Positions 9,214-18,533 of a stretch of 64,000 nt of DNA are shown piece by piece. Position 1 is the stretch's first letter. Each line of letters starts with the position of its first letter. The stretch is from a virus: IMG/VR virus record IMGVR_UViG_3300002307_000050; one strand, written 5' to 3'. Under the pieces are notes generated by a model, which was not told where the DNA came from, ran no database searches, and saw only the letters and a program-made list of their open reading frames with translations. The position numbers and the translations under genes are program-made.

Positions 9214-10089
9214 ATGACTGAGCTAGAAAAGACAAACAAAGAGCTCAAGGAATCGCAAGACAAACTCACCTCAATCATGGGTGCGATCAATCGTGAGACC
9301 GTAGAGCTTCAGAACATATCTGAAAAAAAGTTGGAAGCTGAAAAGGCCTACAACGATTTTGTCTCTACCTCAGAATCAGAAAAGACTCGAATCAACGGAG
9401 ACATCTCTAGCATTACCACCGAATACGAGACAAAGAAATCGGCATTCGAAAAGGACATAGTTTCGATAGAGTCAGATCGAGATACTCGGGTAGAATCAGC
9501 GAAGACTGAGATCGATCAGATCAACACATCAGTGGGAACCGCTCAGACGAACGCTGATGCAAAGATCGCGCTCATCGAGTCGAGCACGAAGGAAATCGAG
9601 GCTTCTCATAAGAAGGACATCGAGATACTCGTCGCGGAAAAGGAATCGCTCACGCTCGCCAATGACACGTTCAAGACTGAAAACACGAAACTCAAAAATG
9701 AAAACAGTGAACTCACTGAGGAAAATAAAAAGCTGCAAACGAACATATCCGACAGCGTTGCGGAGCTCTCTCGACTAGAGACAAAGATTCAGCCTCTCAA
9801 GGATGAAATCGGCGGACTCGAAACGGAGGAATCCACGCTTAGGGGGAACAGAGATGCAGTTGCGACTGACCTTCGCGAGAAAGAGAAGAAGGTCGAAGAG
9901 ATTATCCAACTCACAACAGAATCTAATTCCAAGCTTGCAGAAATCATCGCTAAGATCGACAAGAACTCACCTGAGTACGAAAAGTATGTAAACGACAAAG
10001 CATCTCTTTTCAATCAGACCGAGGCACTCAAAAAGAAAGAGATCTTCATCAGAAACCGATACAAGCAAATTGGAATTGCTTTCGAATAA
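9214..10089 (+). CDS. coiled-coil structural protein (291 aa)
   Basis: Heptad-like E/K/L/T-rich sequence throughout. Confidence 0.45.
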   Translation: MTELEKTNKELKESQDKLTSIMGAINRETVELQNISEKKLEAEKAYNDFVSTSESEKTRINGDISSITTEYETKKSAFEKDIVSIESDRDTRVESAKTEIDQINTSVGTAQTNADAKIALIESSTKEIEASHKKDIEILVAEKESLTLANDTFKTENTKLKNENSELTEENKKLQTNISDSVAELSRLETKIQPLKDEIGGLETEESTLRGNRDAVATDLREKEKKVEEIIQLTTESNSKLAEIIAKIDKNSPEYEKYVNDKASLFNQTEALKKKEIFIRNRYKQIGIAFE

Positions 10090-10095
10090 CAAGCA

Positions 10096-13000
10096 ATGGC
10101 ACGAACAGATGGAATATGGGAAGTTTCCGAGACAGGCGATTACATCAAGATGCCCGGAGACGGATACGATGTCCTCATAAACGGACTCGATAGATATCTT
10201 AACTTCAACGACATGGCGGGATTTCCCGGCTATGGATTTCGCGATAACGGCGGAGTCATGGAGTTCAAGAATGACTTGGGCGTGTGGGCTCCGATCGGAA
10301 CGGGCACTGGAAGCGGAACTGTCACGTCAGTGACCGCAGACGGAAGCCTCGTCGTGACCGTAGACAACACTGACCCTGCAAACCCCGTCGTACAATTCGG
10401 AGGTGTATTCACCGATGGCGTGACAATCACTGGCGATGGTCACGTGTTCAATCCGCTCACTGCCCACTCTGGAGAGGGAACATCTTTTCTCACTTACAAC
10501 CAGATCGCGTTTGGAGATCCTGCGAACATCATGACGAGCACTGTAGACTTTCAGTACAACATTGCAGCCCAACTCTTCGAAGTCGGATTCGGCGGTACTG
10601 GATACCTTCTCGTTAATCCTCTCGCGAGCTTCTATGCGATGGGTAACCCACTCGGAACTCGAATGGAATTGAACGACTCAGGAGCGACATCATTCAGCTC
10701 TTTCTCTAATTTTTTCTATGCGAACGGACTTGCAGGAGAGAGGTACATGCTCCTCGGAGGGGGGTTCTACCAGATTGGAGATCTCTCTGGATCTAATAAT
10801 AAGTCACAGTTTACCATAAACGATGCGGCACAGACATTCACGATGTCTGGAATCAGTAGTAGCAGATACTTTGTAGTGGACCCGAATAGTCAGATGTTCC
10901 AGTTTGGAGACATCGACAATGGCGGGAACGGGGACTTTTTCGAAATAGGCAAGAACAGATTCACCTTCTTCGGCAAGCCAGGAGGCATTAGAAGCCTCAA
11001 CTTCGACCAGAACGCGAACACATACGAGATCGGGGACATAGACTCAAGCAATGTGAATTCCACTCTCCTGATCGACGATGCAGGTAAGACGATCTATGCG
11101 AGGGCTCAGCAGTTTATAACACAGCAACCAACTGGCGAGCAGTTCATCATAGCCACGCTGAGTAGTATTCAGATGGGAGACTTGAGTTTCGTTGGCAACA
11201 ATACGACACTCGGGATATTCGACTCGTCTGAGTTAATGCAGTTCTCCGTGATGGGGAACAGGTACTTAGACATGAACGTTGCAACGCAGACGTATGCGAT
11301 AGGTGACCTTGATGGCGTGGCTGGCAACAACTATTTCACTATCACGGATGGAAGTGGAGACATCCTAGCTCACCCAACATACGGCTTTACCATCACTGAC
11401 GGAACAAACACCCCGTTTGTCGCATACACATTTGCTAACCAAGTGTACCTCTCAGGAAACGCATACCCGAACAACTTCGGAACTACCGGAGACATACTTT
11501 ATACGGACGGAGCGGGCACTAACTTCTGGTCTGCGCCACCTGCCGCTTCTGTCGTTGCGATCGGACTTCCCATAACAGGAACCTCACCGAATCAGGTTCT
11601 GTTCATGGACAGCTCGAACAACCTCGCGCAGACCGCGCAGTTCTACTACAACCCAGACATAGCAGTTGACCATTTCACTATTGGATTTCCAACTTATGGA
11701 GACATTAAGTTTAATATTGATGCGGGAATAGGTTCGTATCAGCTTGGCTCTCTTCCGGGCAACATTGGTGGATTCGGAACATACCTCGACATCGTTGACG
11801 GAAGTCAACATATCGATCACTACTCGAACACTTTCACTGCGAACCAAATCGGAACAGGACTCACCTACATCTACGCGGACTATCAGCCGGGCGGAACTAT
11901 CGACATGAGACTTGGAGATTCAGGGTTCGCCGTGAACGGGACGCAGTTCCTCATTCAGGATGCAATACAGACAATCCAAGCAAACGCCGCGTTCTTCAAG
12001 GTCGCAGATGCTAGTTCTAGTGTCCGCTTCTCGATTGATACAAGTACAGGTGCTCCTACCATCGGGGGATTTGGAGCGTATACTCTCCCTTCGTCTGGCG
12101 GAAGCCTTGGAGATGTTCTAACCGCAGGATTTGCAGGATCTACCTCATGGAGTCCAGTTCCAACTTCGTCAATCGGAATTGGAACGACAATCACCGCATC
12201 TACCCCGTGGGAACTATTGTTTGTTGATGGATCAAACCAACTTGCGCAGGACTCAGGCTTAATTTTCCAACCTGTATCTGGAGGATCGCATCCATTCACA
12301 TTCCACATCTCATTGAATAGCACCAACGTGTTCGATATCAACAACACTTCTGGTCAGGCAAAAATCGGTAACTACGGAGGCGGTGGAGTAGGACCTGCGT
12401 ATGCGACATTCGACTGGGGAACCACCGGAAACACTCAGTTTAGAAATTTCGGAACATTCTCTGTTGCTGATAGCTTGGGTAACCAGTCATTCCGAGTAAC
12501 TCCAACTACCAACACTGTTAGAATCAGTAATGCGTTCGATCTTCCAACTGGCGCGACCCCACTCAACGGAGTCATGACACTTACGAGCTCAGGTGTTGCA
12601 GGATGGCAGTTGATACCTACGGCAAGTCTCGCATCTCATGCAGTGACATACGCTAAAATTCAGCAGGTTAATGCGAACAGAATCCTTGGAAACCCAACGG
12701 GATCACTCGCCGACGTGTCCGAGATATCACTCGGCGCGAGCCTTGGATTCTCAGCAGGATCCCTCAACGCGCTCCTCGGATCTACTCGGGTAGGTTTTGG
12801 AAACGCATCTGGATTCATGACGGACTCATCGAGCTTTATTTACGACGACGTGACTGCGCACAAGTTCAACGTATCGCTTGCAGCGCACCAGTACCTCACT
12901 CTCGACCAACCAAACGGACGAATGCAGATCGGAGACATCACAGCAGCATCAAACAAGGTGTGGCTCGACTTGCGACCTGTGTTCAACAACACAATCCTCT

Positions 13001-13953
13001 ACTCTGGAAACCAGTTCCAAGTTCAGTCTGGGACGAACCAGATGCTCTCGCTCGATAACCAGTTCTGGCAATACTCGATCGGAGACATCTCTGGAGCGAA
13101 CCACAGCACATACATGAACATCAGTGACCTGAACCAACAGCTCAGCATGGCATCAGCAGGTCACCTCATGTTTAGTGCCGATTGGATCAACTCGTTCTAT
13201 AAGTTCGGAGACTCTGCCTCTGGGAACCATGGAGACCGCATTGAAATCGACGATACGACTGCAAACCAGTCAGTCTCACTCTTCGGAGGAAAGAACGTCG
13301 TGATCAAAGACAACGTTGGTCACCAGTTCGGAAACTTCGGGAATGCTTCCGGTACGATCACGCTCGGAGACATCTCGGGAGTATTCAGCGGAAGCCAGAT
13401 ATCGATGGATATGGTCAACAACATGAACACGATGTTCGGCACGTTGCTTCGAAACAGGTGGAGCGGAGTAAACGACTTCTTGATCGATTCTCAAAACTTC
13501 AACTACTATGCGGGAGACTTCGGAGGAAACAACAACCACTCGTACTGGAGATACAACGATGCCACCCAGACGTTCACTCTCAACACTGGAGGTGTCGTGG
13601 TATTCCAAGTCGACAACCAAGTAACAACTCTCAAGCTTGGACGTAACGAACCAAATATCCAATTTGCTGACTATGGAACATCGACTAACCTGCTCTTGAC
13701 TGACTACAACCTTCAGATCGGCGCAGCGGGATCAGGTGCAACATCAGTGACTCTTGATCACACGATTCCAGTGGGAGCGCTTATGATTGTCTCAGACTAT
13801 GGAGCAGCCGCTCTCACGAACAACATCACCATCGATGCCGGAACAGGTCACACTATTCACGGCACGACAATTGCGCAGACCTATGTGATCTCGCTCAACG
13901 GTGGATCTGTACAACTTAGAAAAGTAACATCTACCTCTTGGAAGATAGAATAA
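10096..13953 (+). CDS. large tail fibre or receptor-binding shaft protein (1285 aa)
   Basis: Very long G/S/T/N-rich ORF with repetitive IGD/FGD beta-type motifs, followed by a fibre-tip-like gene. Confidence 0.55.
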   Translation: MARTDGIWEVSETGDYIKMPGDGYDVLINGLDRYLNFNDMAGFPGYGFRDNGGVMEFKNDLGVWAPIGTGTGSGTVTSVTADGSLVVTVDNTDPANPVVQFGGVFTDGVTITGDGHVFNPLTAHSGEGTSFLTYNQIAFGDPANIMTSTVDFQYNIAAQLFEVGFGGTGYLLVNPLASFYAMGNPLGTRMELNDSGATSFSSFSNFFYANGLAGERYMLLGGGFYQIGDLSGSNNKSQFTINDAAQTFTMSGISSSRYFVVDPNSQMFQFGDIDNGGNGDFFEIGKNRFTFFGKPGGIRSLNFDQNANTYEIGDIDSSNVNSTLLIDDAGKTIYARAQQFITQQPTGEQFIIATLSSIQMGDLSFVGNNTTLGIFDSSELMQFSVMGNRYLDMNVATQTYAIGDLDGVAGNNYFTITDGSGDILAHPTYGFTITDGTNTPFVAYTFANQVYLSGNAYPNNFGTTGDILYTDGAGTNFWSAPPAASVVAIGLPITGTSPNQVLFMDSSNNLAQTAQFYYNPDIAVDHFTIGFPTYGDIKFNIDAGIGSYQLGSLPGNIGGFGTYLDIVDGSQHIDHYSNTFTANQIGTGLTYIYADYQPGGTIDMRLGDSGFAVNGTQFLIQDAIQTIQANAAFFKVADASSSVRFSIDTSTGAPTIGGFGAYTLPSSGGSLGDVLTAGFAGSTSWSPVPTSSIGIGTTITASTPWELLFVDGSNQLAQDSGLIFQPVSGGSHPFTFHISLNSTNVFDINNTSGQAKIGNYGGGGVGPAYATFDWGTTGNTQFRNFGTFSVADSLGNQSFRVTPTTNTVRISNAFDLPTGATPLNGVMTLTSSGVAGWQLIPTASLASHAVTYAKIQQVNANRILGNPTGSLADVSEISLGASLGFSAGSLNALLGSTRVGFGNASGFMTDSSSFIYDDVTAHKFNVSLAAHQYLTLDQPNGRMQIGDITAASNKVWLDLRPVFNNTILYSGNQFQVQSGTNQMLSLDNQFWQYSIGDISGANHSTYMNISDLNQQLSMASAGHLMFSADWINSFYKFGDSASGNHGDRIEIDDTTANQSVSLFGGKNVVIKDNVGHQFGNFGNASGTITLGDISGVFSGSQISMDMVNNMNTMFGTLLRNRWSGVNDFLIDSQNFNYYAGDFGGNNNHSYWRYNDATQTFTLNTGGVVVFQVDNQVTTLKLGRNEPNIQFADYGTSTNLLLTDYNLQIGAAGSGATSVTLDHTIPVGALMIVSDYGAAALTNNITIDAGTGHTIHGTTIAQTYVISLNGGSVQLRKVTSTSWKIE

Positions 13954-13959
13954 AAAGCA

Positions 13960-14418
13960 ATGGCATTTAACACAGAAACAAAAAGCGATATTGGTCTCAA
14001 TAACGTAAATAACACTTCTGACATGCAAAAGCCGGTATCAACGGCACAGGCAGCGGCGATCGCTGCGATAGTCACCAGTGTAAACTCGATGTACGTGAAT
14101 GGGACTCTATACACGGGCGTGAAGTCTTGCTCGATGAACAGAAATGTCGCATCGGGCGGATCGGTCGTGTTCTATCTCACAGATGATGGAACGGCTTCAG
14201 GAAACGCGATATTCCAAAACAATGTTTTCAAGTCTACCGCGAACTTCTGGGCCGATGACGTCAGTAACCAGTATCAGATGGGAAGCTACTCATTGTCAGC
14301 AGATAGGAAGGTACTTACCTTAACGGTAAATAGACTCGGAAGCGTGCTTCTGGGTATAATACAGTTCTTGGCAAGTGCTACTGGAACCACGATTTACATG
14401 ACCATAAGAGGAAACTAA
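13960..14418 (+). CDS. tail-fibre tip or assembly protein (152 aa)
   Basis: N-terminal motif IGLNNVNNTSDMQKPVSTAQ matches the conserved 'LGNVDNTSDxDKPVS' motif of phage tail fibres. Confidence 0.5.
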   Translation: MAFNTETKSDIGLNNVNNTSDMQKPVSTAQAAAIAAIVTSVNSMYVNGTLYTGVKSCSMNRNVASGGSVVFYLTDDGTASGNAIFQNNVFKSTANFWADDVSNQYQMGSYSLSADRKVLTLTVNRLGSVLLGIIQFLASATGTTIYMTIRGN

Positions 14419-14440
14419 TTATGAAGAAAAACTATCTAAA

Positions 14441-14599
14441 ACAAAAGAAGAATGGAATGCTCTACTTTCACGTGAGTCCGAAGAACGTGGGGAGCCTACT
14501 TGGTTTATTCATAGCGCTAGTCGTCGGCTACACGCTCATTCATACAGGCGCTGCGAGACAGATTCAACAGGCCTTCTTCGACACATGTCTACCGTAAAA
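14441..14599 (+). CDS. small membrane protein (52 aa, one TM helix), holin-like; overlaps another 42-aa hydrophobic ORF at 14583..14712
   Basis: Hydrophobic segment LLGLFIALVVGYTLI; small overlapping ORFs, below the track cutoff. Confidence 0.3.
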
Positions 14600-14892
14600 A
14601 CACTCATTCAGACAGCCTTCATGATCATACTTTGCTGCTTTCTCTGGAAAATAAGTCGATCATTACAAGTAATAAGCGACGTGTATGCCGACTCAAGCAT
14701 CACGATAAACTAAAATGGTAAACAGACTGGCAAAAGAAATGGCGATCAAGACACCTTCGAAGACAATAACGGTCGCGAAAAAGCCACCTCGCCCTCGTCC
14801 GGGAAATCCCAAACGGATGGCATAGGGACTTTTGAAAAGTGCGTGTTATAATTATTATTATTTAATTAAAAGCCTTCGGGCAAAAAAATCAC

Positions 14893-15135
14893 ATGGAAAC
14901 TCCAATGACAGTTACAAGCGTATCGTTCGTAAACACAACTGAGAACATGGCTCTCGAAAAGACTCAGCGCAAGATGGTTGTCAGCTTCTCTAACAACACT
15001 GACCGCGTTATGACTCATCAGCAAGCTCTCAACATGATCGCAGGATCAACAAAGCAGCAATCTGAGGCAGCTCAGATGACAACTCTCGGAAACGGGATCA
15101 AAGGTGCTATGGACACTCTTATCGCAGCCGAATAA
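14893..15135 (+). CDS. hypothetical protein (80 aa)
   Basis: First ORF after the 14.6-14.9 kb non-coding gap. Confidence 0.35.
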   Translation: METPMTVTSVSFVNTTENMALEKTQRKMVVSFSNNTDRVMTHQQALNMIAGSTKQQSEAAQMTTLGNGIKGAMDTLIAAE

Positions 15136-15150
15136 TAAACTCTTTTTAGT

Positions 15151-15420
15151 ATGGAACAAGCACACACGAAAAGATCAAAAACTAATCTTGTTGACACAAT
15201 GCTAGAAAATTGGTCAATAATCTTGGTGCTTGCTTCCATCATATTCTCATGGGCGAATTTTAAGAGCGACGTCTCAAGCTTGCAAGCTCAGGTAAACAAA
15301 CACGATGTTTCTCTCCAGACGTTGAACGAGAACTATCAATCGACGTCTCAGACCACATCGAACAACATCGCAAGCATAAACACGAAGCTCGACATTATCA
15401 TGAAGCACGATGGTCTCTAA
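15151..15420 (+). CDS. small membrane or coiled-coil protein (89 aa)
   Basis: N-terminal TM segment (WSIILVLASIIFSW) followed by a helical region. Confidence 0.35.
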   Translation: MEQAHTKRSKTNLVDTMLENWSIILVLASIIFSWANFKSDVSSLQAQVNKHDVSLQTLNENYQSTSQTTSNNIASINTKLDIIMKHDGL

Positions 15421-15425
15421 AAAAA

Positions 15426-16616
15426 ATGGATATCACACTACAACCAACTTTGGACATGACGAATGACTACCTCGCGAACTACACCACGGGTAACATCGAC
15501 GTTCCTGCTCGCATCCGCGCAATCAATCGTGCGATCGAGTACGTTGACCGTAGAATGGGCCTCCCATCGAGCGAGAAAATATTTCCCTTTGTTTACGTTC
15601 AAGGCAACATGTTCACGAACCTCCCAGAGGACTTCAACGAGCCGATCACTCTTGTGTATCAGAAGCCACAAGACAACATCCCTTGCAATAACTGGGAATG
15701 GCAGCAGTATCCGTACATCCTCCAGAACAACGAGTTTCGATACGGTCAGAAGAGCTTCGGAACTACTAACATCAACGGTCCAAAGCAGCTCATTCAGCTT
15801 GGACGAAACCTTCGACAGGGTGCGGTGATAAACCCTTTCAATAGCCTCAACCTCGTCACCCTCTCCGGAGATGCGATAGACGGGGCAGTCGACAACAACC
15901 AGTTCGTCTTCGGCGGTGGATCAGTATCGTTCACAATCGATCCGACACTCGGCCACGGGAAGGCGAGCGTTGGAGTCTCTGGATTCGGAATCATGGACTT
16001 CTCTCAGTACCACCTCAACCAGGCGGTCTTTCAGGTTCAGTCGTACCTTCCTAGCACGAACATCTCGAGCATCGACCTCGTGTTCGGATCCTCACCGACT
16101 GACTACTACACTTTCACGGCGACCGCTCAGCCTTCGAGCGCTGCCTTCTCTTTGGATAATTGGAACCCGACTCAGTACATTTTCCAGAATCCTACGATGA
16201 CCGGAAGCCCTAACGATCAGCAGATCAACTTCTACCGATTCGACTACTACGAGAACGGGTCTTTCGGCTCGACTCCGATCCCGTACTTCCGCATCAACGA
16301 CTTCAACGTGTTCTTCCCAGACGACATGAACCTCGTATACTACTCTCAGTACAAGGGAACTGATAGCGCAGGAACATCTCAGAAGATCATGCTTACCGCA
16401 GCAAGCGACAAGCCATACTACATGCAGAATTTCCCAGACCTCTTGAACCCTGTGGCTCTCCGTGCTGCCTACATCCTTGCGCCTCAGATGGCACGAGACA
16501 AGGACTTCTGGGCAATGTATAAGACAGACTGCGAGGAGCAGTTGAAGATGTACGGAAAGATTTACCCGCGCAAGAGGATAGTCAACCTCGGACAGACACA
16601 GTTGCGCCGACCATAG
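15426..16616 (+). CDS. virion structural protein (396 aa)
   Basis: Packed ORF in the late operon. Confidence 0.45.
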   Translation: MDITLQPTLDMTNDYLANYTTGNIDVPARIRAINRAIEYVDRRMGLPSSEKIFPFVYVQGNMFTNLPEDFNEPITLVYQKPQDNIPCNNWEWQQYPYILQNNEFRYGQKSFGTTNINGPKQLIQLGRNLRQGAVINPFNSLNLVTLSGDAIDGAVDNNQFVFGGGSVSFTIDPTLGHGKASVGVSGFGIMDFSQYHLNQAVFQVQSYLPSTNISSIDLVFGSSPTDYYTFTATAQPSSAAFSLDNWNPTQYIFQNPTMTGSPNDQQINFYRFDYYENGSFGSTPIPYFRINDFNVFFPDDMNLVYYSQYKGTDSAGTSQKIMLTAASDKPYYMQNFPDLLNPVALRAAYILAPQMARDKDFWAMYKTDCEEQLKMYGKIYPRKRIVNLGQTQLRRP

Positions 16617-16617
16617 T

Positions 16618-18504
16618 ATGGCTGAAGCAGTACTACTCCCAGACAACGCTCAAATACGTGTGATCAACAAAGTAGGACTCGCGGGTGCTAATACTTTTGA
16701 CGATCCAAAGGACATCGCGGACCAAGAGCTCGCGCTCGTTCGAAACATGATCTACGACAACGGAGTGATCTATCCGCGCATGGGATCGAAGCGAATCCTC
16801 GCGAAGCCTACCGGAGAGACTTCAGATCCTTTTCAGTTGCTCGTCGCAACAACCTCAGACGGCATCGACTATCAGATCGGAGTATACGGAACGAAGTTCT
16901 ACCTCGTCGACACGATAAACAATCAATGGATCAACATCACTGGAACGTATGCTCCTTCGATGTCCAAGTTGCTCTATGGATACACGAACTGGAACAACGG
17001 GATCCCAGATGATCGATTCTACTTATGTAACGGATTTGATAACGTGGGCAAATGGCTCATGGGAGTAAGCACGACCGCCTCTCCAATCGCTCCGGGAGAC
17101 CTCACGATCACGCTCGCTAGCGGGACTCGATTTCCTGCAGTTGGAAACCTCCTCGTAACAACTGGAGGAGTATCTACATCTATTCCATATACCTCAGTAG
17201 CCGGAAACGTCTTTACTCTCGGAGCACCTGCAGGAATAACCGCACTTGCGGGAGATACTGTCACTATGCCAATCATCGATATGGGTAGCACCGTGCCTCC
17301 GGGTCACGTGTTCCTCAAGTCTCTTGGACGTCTCGTCGTGGCAAACGCATACGGGGCAGAGAACACGCTCCACTACTCAGTCTCGGGAGATCCTGAAGAC
17401 TATACGATTTCTAGCGCGGTTACGAGCGGAGGATTCTACACTCTCTACAAGGGAAAGGGTGGAATTTTGGGAATGAGCGATTTCGGTCAGTACTTCATCA
17501 TCGAGAAGCAGGACGTAATCTCAACCTTTGCCTTCCAAATCGCATCAGACAACTCGGGATTCATCGTGAACGTTGAACCAGTCATCTCTGGAGACGGAAT
17601 CGGTCCTGCATCTTCTGCGACAATATTAAATTATATGAACGTGCTCTACTACCCTACGATCGGAGAGGGTATTGTTAGTTTCTCTCCTCAAGCGACTGGA
17701 GGACAGACAACTACTGGAATTCAGCTTCTCTCTCAGAAGATCAATAACTTCGTGACGAAGACACTGGACTTCAGCCTCAGCAGGACATGCGGATCGAACC
17801 AGAAGCTCTATTGGCTCGTTTCTCAGCCGGGAATTGCAGTGCCAACATCGGTCAACAATCTTACCCTCGTGTACGACCTCATTCGCGGAGCATGGAGCGT
17901 TTACGACAACTGGAACGCAGTCGACATCAAACCCGCGAACAACAAAGTCTACTTCTTGAACATAAACGACGGAGCGCTCTATCAGACGGATGTCGGGTAT
18001 CAGGATGCAGTCAACGGAATGGTGTCTCCTTACACTGCTGTCATGCTCTCCAAGCGATTCAACCTCGACAACCCTGAGATGCTCATGCGCGGAATCTATC
18101 TCTATGTCGAGGGCTACATCAGCCTCAACACGACTTTCTACATCACCGTACTCTACAACGAGTCCGGCTCTTTGGGACGTCAGACGTACGCAATCGCGGG
18201 AGACAACTTGAACCTCACCTCTCTCCAAGTCGGAGGAGGTCTCGGATTCTTCCCACTCGCGGTTCCGCTCCTCGGAGGCGTTGACCTTCAGACGATGCAA
18301 GCACTCGGTCAGCCTAAGTTCTTCCGAGCGTATCTCGAGCTCTCACAAGCGTTCAGACCGCACAATATCCAAGTACAAGCGTACTCAGTCGCAGCAGGTT
18401 CTCAGTGGGGACTATCGACAATGGCGCCAATCACAGTGCCTGATCAGTCAATCGAGACGAAGCTAGTAATCGGACCAAGCACGGCTCCTACGATTTTATT
18501 GTAG
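16618..18504 (+). CDS. virion structural protein (628 aa)
   Basis: Packed ORF, beta-rich composition. Confidence 0.45.
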   Translation: MAEAVLLPDNAQIRVINKVGLAGANTFDDPKDIADQELALVRNMIYDNGVIYPRMGSKRILAKPTGETSDPFQLLVATTSDGIDYQIGVYGTKFYLVDTINNQWINITGTYAPSMSKLLYGYTNWNNGIPDDRFYLCNGFDNVGKWLMGVSTTASPIAPGDLTITLASGTRFPAVGNLLVTTGGVSTSIPYTSVAGNVFTLGAPAGITALAGDTVTMPIIDMGSTVPPGHVFLKSLGRLVVANAYGAENTLHYSVSGDPEDYTISSAVTSGGFYTLYKGKGGILGMSDFGQYFIIEKQDVISTFAFQIASDNSGFIVNVEPVISGDGIGPASSATILNYMNVLYYPTIGEGIVSFSPQATGGQTTTGIQLLSQKINNFVTKTLDFSLSRTCGSNQKLYWLVSQPGIAVPTSVNNLTLVYDLIRGAWSVYDNWNAVDIKPANNKVYFLNINDGALYQTDVGYQDAVNGMVSPYTAVMLSKRFNLDNPEMLMRGIYLYVEGYISLNTTFYITVLYNESGSLGRQTYAIAGDNLNLTSLQVGGGLGFFPLAVPLLGGVDLQTMQALGQPKFFRAYLELSQAFRPHNIQVQAYSVAAGSQWGLSTMAPITVPDQSIETKLVIGPSTAPTILL

Positions 18505-18533
18505 ATTATCAATCTAGTGTTATAATAAAAATC

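Noticed and set aside
14866-14880. gccttcgggc tetraloop hairpin before the 14893 gene as a terminator
   Set aside because: Only a 3-4-bp stem and no U-run on the plus strand. More likely part of an AT-rich promoter or leader
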